A stretch of 8,564 nucleotides of DNA. Origin: Azolla caroliniana (lineage: Eukaryota; Plantae; Polypodiophyta). The first letter of the stretch is position 1. Each line of letters opens with the position of its first letter. The stretch is from contig JBHGNT010001431.1 of the NCBI GenBank assembly GCA_043228905.1, positions 1-8,564 on the forward strand. Reading direction: 5' to 3'. Positions 1-8,169 of this stretch are shown in pieces. The notes beneath the pieces were generated by a model. It ran no database searches. It saw nothing but the letters and a program-made list of their open reading frames with translations, and was not told where the DNA came from. The translations under genes were made by a program, and so were the position numbers.

Positions 1-1062
1 TCACCTGTGCCGGCCATACGGCCGAAACCGTCTCCGACAAAGGTAGAGGCCATTTTAGCGATGAAGGAAATATGCAGGTCGACCGCGGAGGTCCAACGAT
101 TCGTGGGAGCGTGTGCCTTCAACCACAACTTGATCCCCCATTACACACACATTGCCGAGCCGCTCTACAGCTTGCTGAAGAAAGGGTGGAAGTTCGAGTG
201 GAGGTAAGAGCACGCAGAGGTGGAAAGAAGACAAAAAAGGATGTTGACGGCAACACCGGCTCTCCGGAAGGCGGTCTACGGAAAGGGAACATCGATGTAC
301 GTTACAATTGACACAAGTCCGACTGGAATCAGATGGGTGATTAACCAGGAGGATGAAGGCGGAACGCGATTCGCCATCCGATTCGGCGCAAAGGTCCTAA
401 GTGAGTGACAAAGAGGATACACCCAAGTTAAGCGCGAAGTATGGGGTATTGTTTTGCCGGTTAAGGTCGTCAAAGATTAGTAACCTGATTGGGACGGAGG
501 TAGTAATCGAGACGGATTGCCTCCAAATGGTCAAGATGGTATCCGGATACACAACTTCGGACCTGGCAATGCTCAGGTGGATCGCGTACATTAAGTCCCT
601 CAATCTGGAGACATGGCACATCTTCGGAAAGGACAACTCCATGGCCGATATGCTATCGAGAACACGCTACAACAACGAAGATGGCATGGTGTCGGAAGAT
701 GAAGAAGTCGGCATGACTTTGAGTCGGCTTGACTATCGGTGAACAAGCGAAGCACTCTGGCCCTGCACAGGTTCAATGAGGACGGCTATGATGGGGAGTG
801 ACTTCAAATCGAAAGATTTTTTAGCACGATGACGATGGATGCAACGTGGACAAAGGAAGAGGTCGATCGGATCTGGAGGAAGGCTTACAAGTTCCTTTTA
901 CGAGACGGGGTGATCTAGCGATACCTGAAGAAACGGAAAGGCACACCACTCCGGGTGGTGACGAAGAGAGAAGAGCAGTCGATGCTATTGTCAGAGTTCC
1001 ACGAGAGCCCTTGGTCTGGACATCGAGGGATGTGGGCGACGTTCAAGAAGCTGAAGGTGAAG
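1..1062 (+). pseudogene. pol: Gypsy pol pseudogene fragment: RT thumb/connection, RNase H, integrase N-terminal zinc-finger start
   Basis: Stitched translation gives RT C-terminus KVEAILAM...EVQRFVGACAF...HIAEPLYSLLKKGWKFEW. RNase H motifs follow: VTIDTSPTGI, E*QRGYTQVKREVWGIV, VVIETDC and HIFGKDNSMADMLSR. Integrase begins LLSEFHESPWSGHRGMWATFKKLK. In-frame stops are at 205-207, 406-408, 730-732, 799-801 and 916-918. Frameshifts are near 25, 455-485 and about 718. Confidence 0.92.
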
Positions 1063-1250
1063 CCCTTGGATCCTACGACAGGCCCGGATCGGTTACGTGC
1101 CTGTGTGTCGTGCGCTCGCCCATCCGGAATCCGGCAACCAGCCGGATAATCCATATACGTTCGCCCAATTTACTCTCTTCAACGGCTCCTTGGTTCAAGA
1201 CCTTGGCGGTCCCATCCCGATCCGACACGAACTCACAGAAAACAGTGACA
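1063..1250 (+). repeat. Putative terminal fragment of a Gypsy LTR
   Basis: GC-rich segment with no pol similarity, ending in CAGTGACA (GTGACA at 1245-1250), a common Gypsy TGTCAC...GTGACA terminus. It sits exactly at the GC-to-AT transition. CCGTG (1251-1255) would be the 5-bp TSD. The partner LTR is not in the window, so identity and orientation are inferred. Confidence 0.55.
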
Positions 1251-2663
1251 CCGTGTTCATTGTGTATGTTTTTACTATTGATACTTTTAGGCACAATAAA
1301 GTCTTCAAGATATAAAATAGAACTTTATTAGTTGTGCCAACACGAGGATACTCTATAACATCACCAACTATTGCTATCATAGTACAGTATAACATAGAAA
1401 TAAAATTCCGAAATACATTTGATGAGAACACGAGCATCAAAACTCACATCCAAAATATTTAATTGTTTTAAATAATTGAGTTTTTTTTTCCAAAAAATAA
1501 TAATTGAGTATTGTATGTAGATGAAATAGTATTATAACGTTAACTCTAAAAATAATGTGGTTTTCTTGTCATGGACACAAATTTGGATGTTCTAATGGCC
1601 CCGATTAAATCAAAAGGACAAATAGCTAGAAAGTATAGTTAAATATAATATGGAGATGAATGTAAGATGCCATAAAGAACGACACATGTAAAAGAGTTTT
1701 CGATTTCAAGCACAAAGGATAAAAGCAATGCTTGTAACACATCGTCTCCATATGTGCAAGAAGAACAAAATATTTATGTATTCAAGGAAACAGTCTCGTT
1801 TTCAAGCGCTGAAGCAAATGATTAGTGGGCACGATCAGTTTCTCACCACGGACCACAATATCTTTTAGTTCAAACAAGTTATTTCATTTCCACGCTACTA
1901 AAAAATACAAGCATTGCCATCACTCAATGGTTGGGAAGCAACATGTTTCAGAGAAATTGTGTTTGCAAACTAAAATAGGTGAAGAAATCAATAATATATA
2001 TATTCCTATAGATGTCATACATTACAAGAGAACCCACAACATAATGGTTGCAAAACAAGATCTTTTGGCAATGTCATAATCCTTTTCGATGACTTTGGGA
2101 GTTCCCATATTTTGTCCAAGCCAACTTAGCAAACTTACATCAACATACAAAATAAATGATGCTCAAACATACATTGGCATAGTAACTCATCATTGTAGGC
2201 ACATCTTTTATGTTTGCAATTGAGAACACAATGATCAATTACCAATACCATATCCATAAATTGTATTCCTCCATCATTGTGGGGGGAACTTGGAATATTC
2301 TTCTCGAAAGCCTATGCTTTGCACCACACAAGGCATCATTTATGGGTATTGCCTGTCAGATGATGTTATTCTTTTTATTTCTTGTTGTGGAAAGTGACTT
2401 GTAAAGCCATATTTATGTTATTCTTTTCAAAAGTAATCGTAACGTTGTAGGTTTAGCAACAAACAAAATTAATTTGTGAGATTCGAAACAAAAAATATGA
2501 GGAATATTTATAATAAATTTAACATCGAATCCATTGCCCAAGGGTTGAGTGTTTGATTTGCAACCTTAACAACCACAATACACAAGCTCCACCATTATAT
2601 CCACACCCATTTTGAAGTTTAAGAATTTTGGCAAGGCAAGTTGTGAATCTATCAACGGAATTT

Positions 2664-3289
2664 TGTTAGGATTGAATAGATGGGAAACATGATGTCTAGA
2701 ATATATTGTATGCTAAGTTGTTGACATTTCTTTTTCATAATAACAAGGAGTAATAAACTAAATGGAACACAACATAATGTCTACACAATAAACTATGGTG
2801 ACAAGCTAAGACATAGTCTAACAACATAAGACTTGTACAACCTAAAATTTGTTATTCGTCTCAAATTCTCTCTTTTCATACCACTTTCTTATGAACGGGC
2901 ACACTCCTATACCTATTTCATAGACTTGGATATACACAATGATATTTCTATGGTTTTCTAAAAGCATGTAATGAAACTAGTCACATGGAGAGTATGATAG
3001 TCCCAAAGTGACAACCACAATTGCATACAAAGGCCTTATAGGTCGATGTCTATTGTCCATGTGTGAAAACCAACAATAAAGCTAGGACATGGGGGGATAG
3101 ACTAATAAATATTGGATTGTTAGAACTTATGAGGACAGTCAATGTCACATTTTAGTGTCCAAATCTAGAAAGACATCTTACATGCATATAGCCGTGGACA
3201 ATGCGCACATAGATCAATATTCAAAGCCAAGAATGAATTGTCAAGATAACGAAAGGCAAATGTGCATACGATACATGCATAAGAATTCA
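2664..3289. mobile_element. Possible old solo LTR (Copia-like), tentative
   Basis: Begins TGTTAGG (2664), ends CA (3288-3289) and is flanked by AATTT on both sides (2659-2663 and 3290-3294). It contains CCTATTTCATAG (about 2912-2923), close to the reverse complement of an LTR TATA motif CTATAAATAGG. All of these signals are short and AT-rich. Confidence 0.22.
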
Positions 3290-5932
3290 AATTTTGGATC
3301 CACGAGTTTTTGATTGATTATTAATAAATGATTTCTTCATTTTCACCCACATAAATTTATTACGTTCTCCATCCACTTGTAAGTGATGGGAAATTATGCA
3401 TTTTCCTCTCATAAGTGTTGAAAGGAACCCATTTCTTCTTATTGACATTTGTGTTTTTGTAGTTGTTTCTCCTCTTTTCTAGAAGGGTGGCTAATTATGC
3501 AATTTATTACCAACAAATTAAAAGGTGTATTGATCAAGACAACTTGTTTTTTAAAGACATCCATTATAGATGCTAAGGAGATTGATATTGAATTCAACAA
3601 TGAGTATGCACATTTCCTACCATCCTACTACTTGGTTTTCCTCGAGATGTGAGTACGATCCCCTTGATCTTCAATCAAGTAAGGCTAGATAATCACCGAG
3701 AATTATTTATGAAAGTCAAGACAAATTCTATTTTAGGAAACCAACCACCCATTGGTTGTTGTGAAATTCATAGGTTTTGATGCATAAACACCCACACCCT
3801 AGTTCGTCAATAATATGTACAAAGGTTCCTTGTAGAATTGTGTTATTAAGAGAAAACTTGTGCACATAAACCTAAATAAAATTCAATGCTGAAGAAAAAG
3901 GTTAACAATGTTGTTCATTGATGATTTCCCCCTAAGATTAGGTAAAGCTATAAAAAAAAGCATCAACATTGTGATTACGTATCCAAGAATATTTGTCTCG
4001 AATACTTGACCATTGTATTTGTGACAAAACAATTATTGGATATTGCCGAATTTGGTTGACCTTCAAAAGAAACAAAAAAAGAGCATCAAAGGCCCCATAA
4101 AAATAATGAAAAGAGAAATGAAATAAAAACGATAAAAGAGTGCTTCGGAACAAATGAGAAGTTCAAAAGATAACTAGAAAACATGTTATGGATATGAAAT
4201 TGGTGATAGGAATCTACATTGGACCATACAACATGAAGATTGAAATGTGAAAGAAGAACAACTACACCAAATTTTTGGTTATACACAATGTAGGTAAGGT
4301 TGAGATTGCAAAGTCAAAGTGTTATCTCTTTCCTAAGGAGATATCTCAATGTGAGTGCCCTTACAATTGACCAATGGAGGCCAACCTTAGGATAAGCCAA
4401 AAACAAAACAACCATGTTAAAAAGTGGTGGCATGGTCTTGAATCTTGATGAGTTCCGAAAACTATTGTCCTCAATGTGACTATTTTGATGATATTATAAT
4501 ATAGAGTCTCGAAGATCTTCAAGACATCTTCAAGACTAATTGAAAGGTCTACAACTAGTTTGATCAAGAATTTTCCTTTTTTACACATAATTTATCAACA
4601 CTTTTTTTGGGGGGTGATCATAAGTGTTATCTAGTTGATGGGGTGAGTGGCCACTTCCATACGTTTTTTACCAAACTCATCCATTCAAAGCTATTGTAAA
4701 TTTGTTATAAAAATTGATGAGAATTGATTTCTTCTTGGCCATTTCTAATAACTGAACTTTAAATTTCTCATTAGGGGCACCCTCAGGCAAACAATTGTGC
4801 AAGACAAAGAAGTTTCAACAAAGTATAAGTTTACTATGCTATGATTTTGACTCCCATACATCAGAATTTTCTTACTTGTCCATGTAAAGGAAGATAGAAA
4901 AGAAGATAGTAACAAGGCCAACATCAAGTATAGTCTAGCTCTTGTTTCCAAGAGTTGTAAAATTAACTAAGAATGGAAGTATGCATAAACATTTTATAGG
5001 TCGATGTTCTCATTATACGTCAAATACTCTTTCCAAATTTTTGTATGCCAACTTTGTCGTGGGTGAACCATCTTTGATGGAAATCCTTAATAATGTTATA
5101 TTTAATAGAATTCCTTTCTCGAGAACTCAAGAGCCGAATTCAAATGCACATGTACATACTTGTTTTTTGTATCAAATTCAACGTGTAATGATATGTCTCT
5201 GCCTGAATTCTATAAAATAAACGAAGTTGTCTTATGTGATCATTTCAAAACACCTTGCACAGGGTGACAATGTCAAAATAAAATAAAATGTAAGAGTTAT
5301 TCTAGCAAGAAATTTGTTGACATTAACAACAATCTCATGGTCTCAATATTACAGGCACTCACTATAATTTTGCATAAAGTTATCATCTAATGAGTATTTG
5401 CAAATATATTGATTGTGAGCAAGAATAGTTGAATTCCAAGGAGAAATATCGCAATCTATATCTTTGACTTTTAGATGTGGAGATATTGTAACTTTCTCGA
5501 GATCCTACAATTCCCTACACTAATAAATAAAAGGTCTTTGAGAATCATAATGTTCTTCTAGAAACTTTGAAATATCATTATCACCACAATGAAACAAGAC
5601 TCTTCAAACATAGCTTCCTAATTCATAGGCATCAAGTGGTTGCATATAATGGGCCATAATTTGTCTATGCGTTACATTCATAGAAATCTGAATAGGCAAC
5701 AAATAAAACACAAAGCTCACATTTGAACCATAAAGAGTTTACATGTAGTTGTGCTACAAAAATCTCCTATGGAAACGGTGTTGTAAAGTTTCAAGAGTTT
5801 GCTCTTATGCTCCAGTAAGGAGAAAATGTAAGTGCAGAGATGTGACAACTAATGTGAGGAGTCATATGAGATAAGTACTTTTGAGGGATCAAAGGTGGGA
5901 GGGAATGGTTGCTTTTGACATTAGAACGTAAA

Positions 5933-5986
5933 ACATTATTTATCCTAAGCCTTTTCGACAAGCATTACATTATTTATCCTAGGCCT
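5933..5986. repeat. 20-bp direct repeat, two copies, period 34
   Basis: ACATTATTTATCCTAAGCCT (5933-5952) and ACATTATTTATCCTAGGCCT (5967-5986), 19/20 identical. Confidence 0.85.
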
Positions 5987-6410
5987 CTACATGCCCCTTT
6001 CCAACTGTGACACAATAGGTAAATGTGTAGATGAGAGATTGCTTGTTTGTCCTTGAATGTCATGGGGTGAGAACATGGGGTTGGTTGTGTCCAAAGATTT
6101 TCTCAAAAATTCCATGTTGTGTTGATGTGAGTAATAAAATTCCAACATGCAAGGCGTCATATATTCTTGCCATCAGGAAGTCTATTTACCTCTGACATGT
6201 AATTACAAAATTGAACCCCTGAACTAGAAGGAAATTGGCAAAGAAATTTGATGTTTTTAAGAATGGGCTGGTAACACAATTTCTCAAACTATACTGAGTG
6301 ATAGCTGATGGAAGAATGATAGGCAATGCATGGAGTTTTTGTCATTTGTATTTTAAAGATCTACTTTCTGGTATTCAAACCAGGATTTTGAACACAGAGC
6401 CAATGCTGAC

Positions 6411-6489
6411 TTTTATTTATTTATTTATGTATGGGATATTAATGGCCAACTGGGCAGATACTGATATGTTTTTGTTTATTTATTTATGA
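6411..6489. repeat. Two short (TTTA)n tracts
   Basis: TTTTATTTATTTATTTATG at 6411-6429 and TTTATTTATTTATG at 6475-6488. These read as AATAAA arrays on the FLU (minus) strand, about 400 nt downstream of its stop. Confidence 0.6.
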
Positions 6490-6801
6490 TAAACAATAAT
6501 ACAACATACAGCTCCTTTTATTAAAAAAAGATATAAAGTAAGGGCTGATAAGAAACTCATTGTCATATCAAGACCTACAAAATATAAAGGGCTTACAACT
6601 CTTTTAGCAGTTTACATCCGAATGAGGGGAAGGGTTGTCCTAGTGGTTTGGTTCTTTTCCTCATTAGCAAATAGCTCGGAACTTCAACACCCTTTCCCAC
6701 CTTCAGTTGCCACACATTGTGAGAAAAACAAATAAATAAACCTTTGCCATTCAAAGATTAGGGCAATGTCTTAGGTAAGTGTCCTATACATGGTATGATT
6801 G

Positions 6802-6891
6802 ATTTGATTACTGATTTTTTCAATCTTCATCAACTGCCCCAACGTAATATCAATTTGATTAACTAATTTTCTTCAATCTTCATCAACTACC
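6802..6891 (-). repeat. Imperfect direct duplication (about 38 bp, core offset 53) spanning the FLU-like stop codon
   Basis: 6802-6838 ATTTGATTACTGATTTTTTCAATCTTCATCAACTGCC versus 6853-6891 ATTTGATTAACTAATTTTCTTCAATCTTCATCAACTACC. The 17-bp core TTCAATCTTCATCAACT is identical at 6819-6835 and 6872-6888. Confidence 0.88.
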
Positions 6892-7081
6892 AGTGTATCT
6901 ATATATTGATTATAGAACTTTTGGGCAGCCTCAAGGTCACCAAGCTCACAGTAACAATCAGCAATGGATCCAAATGCCTCTGCGTTTCCATGAGTAGTCC
7001 CTGTTCGTTTAGAGATTGATAGAACCATGTTATGATAGTCAATCGCCTCTCGAAATTTGCCTTGTCGTTGAAGCGATGCAC
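6873..7081 (-). CDS. FLU: FLU-like protein, last coding exon (C-terminal TPR repeats)
   Basis: Acceptor CTACAG|GT at 7082/7081, phase 1. It translates as (G)ASLQRQGKFREAIDYHNMVLSISKRTGTTHGNAEAFGSIADCYCELGDLEAAQKFYNQYIDTLVVDED*, with TGA at 6875-6873. This matches, from memory, the FLU C-terminus ASLQRQGKYREAIQYH...EAYGAIADCYTELGDLEKAGKFY. This frame is absent from the ORF track. Confidence 0.93.
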
Positions 7082-7550
7082 CTGTAGAATTGTGTTTTGT
7101 CTAAATGATTGTGGACTCAGCTATAAATTATACAGTTTTTAAATTCAACGTTACTATTTTCCTCGTCCAAGATAGAACAAATCTTATGCTTTTGAATAAA
7201 ATACAAAATTCTTCCATCTTTTAATTATGTAAGAGGTACATGAGATGACCTAGAACTAAAGATTCCAAAGACGCAAAAGCCTTTTATTGCTTCTGTGTAA
7301 TGCTATACTTTTCTCAAGCACGATGTGACACTTTCGCTTTAGGATTTCTAATACGCAGTAACCTTTTCTTGCTTGACACACACCTGAATAATCCATTTGC
7401 TTTGGTATGTTTTCCCATATTTTCTCAATGGTTGTGCTTTTATATATACTACTATTTTAGACACTGTAAAGCAAATTGGTTCACCACCAAACACACAAAG
7501 AAGCATGAAGATGCATATGTCAAGAAGCACAAAGAAGCATTGATTTTTAC
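7082..7550 (-). other. GT-AG intron (469 bp, phase 1) of the FLU-like gene
   Basis: Donor CTAG|GTAAAA at 7551/7550 and acceptor CAG at 7084-7082. Splicing restores the continuous FLU motif KKAARGLG-ASLQRQGK. The interior is AT-rich. Confidence 0.92.
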
Positions 7551-7865
7551 CTAGTCCTCTAGCCGCTTTTTTCTCCTCATTTGTATCACCAATTCGTTGC
7601 GCGATTGGAAGAGCCCTCTTGAATTCTTCATATGCAAAATCTGGCCTTTTCTCTCTAAGAAACTTTTTCCCAGATTTCAGAAGGTTCCTCAGTGATTCCT
7701 TCTCATTGCTCAATTCTTTGTCATCCAGTGGTCGACCAACAGGCGCATAGACTAGACCAGGGGCATATGTTTCAATCATTGCCTTACTCTTTAAGTAGTC
7801 ATTGATCTTGCGAAGCTGAGTATTTAACTTTTCTAGCTCTTCTTTTCTTTGCCGAGCTAGAGTAC
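7551..7865 (-). CDS. FLU: FLU-like protein, internal exon (coiled coil, linker and first TPR)
   Basis: Acceptor TTTTGATTTTTCTTTACAG|GT at 7866/7865; 315 bp, phase 1-1, open throughout. It translates as (G)TLARQRKEELEKLNTQLRKINDYLKSKAMIETYAPGLVYAPVGRPLDDKELSNEKESLRNLLKSGKKFLREKRPDFAYEEFKRALPIAQRIGDTNEEKKAARGL(G). This matches the FLU hallmarks LARQRKxEL..LN.QLR.IN, IESYAPxLxYAPVG and EEKKAARGLG. FLU is the feedback repressor of glutamyl-tRNA reductase in chlorophyll synthesis. Confidence 0.94.
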
Positions 7866-8104
7866 CTGTAAAGAAAAATCAAAATGAACTGCGTTTGGCT
7901 GTTAATATGCCACTTTGGTCTTTTGCAGTCATCATAATTTCTCTCTCTGGTACCTTTGGCTGTTTCACAAATTTTGGTACTCATTTTGGTTTTTTGTTCT
8001 CAAAGATGAGGCAACGTTTTAAGATGCAATATCTATTTCAGTTTGCCCTCTTACAAGACATTAATATGTATTTCTTTCTTCTCTTTCTCATGTATCAGAT
8101 GATG

Positions 8105-8169
<65 letters not shown>

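Larger units (their letters stand above)
1..1250 (+). mobile_element. Degenerate, internally deleted Ty3/Gypsy LTR retrotransposon (3' part; runs off the left edge of the window)
   Basis: The pol domain order RT-RNase H-integrase is diagnostic of Ty3/Gypsy rather than Copia. The block is GC- and CpG-rich and ends sharply at about 1250-1255, at a GTGACA terminus, after which the sequence becomes AT-rich. Confidence 0.88.

Noticed and set aside
846-1440. Overlapping ORFs (846-1331, 915-1154, 1073-1294, 1097-1315, 1195-1440)
   Set aside because: These are alternative frames across GC-rich TE sequence and its boundary, with no recognisable domain.
1471-1509. 11-bp direct repeat AATAATTGAGT around a T run
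   Set aside because: Short AT-rich micro-duplication; not enough for a retroposed insertion with TSD.
5390-5500. Faint LINE RT-like peptides (NILIV, GEISQSISL)
   Set aside because: Order and spacing do not fit, and no core motif such as QG.PLSP or YADD is present.
1825-6489. Short ORFs of 60-92 aa in the AT-rich middle
   Set aside because: No recognisable motifs, composition typical of random AT-rich DNA, and no coherent exon chain.
6771-6780. Consensus donor AG|GTAAGT on the plus strand, antisense to the FLU 3' UTR
   Set aside because: Isolated motif with no supporting exon or ORF; plausible by chance.
6899-7081. ORF-track 60-aa minus ORF (MHRFNDK...)
   Set aside because: It is the wrong frame of the FLU last exon; the phase-1 spliced frame gives the conserved TPR sequence.
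7348-7779. 143-aa ORF as a complete single-exon gene
   Set aside because: FLU similarity extends upstream of the ATG to the acceptor at 7865 and stops at the donor at 7551, so the ATG is an internal Met.
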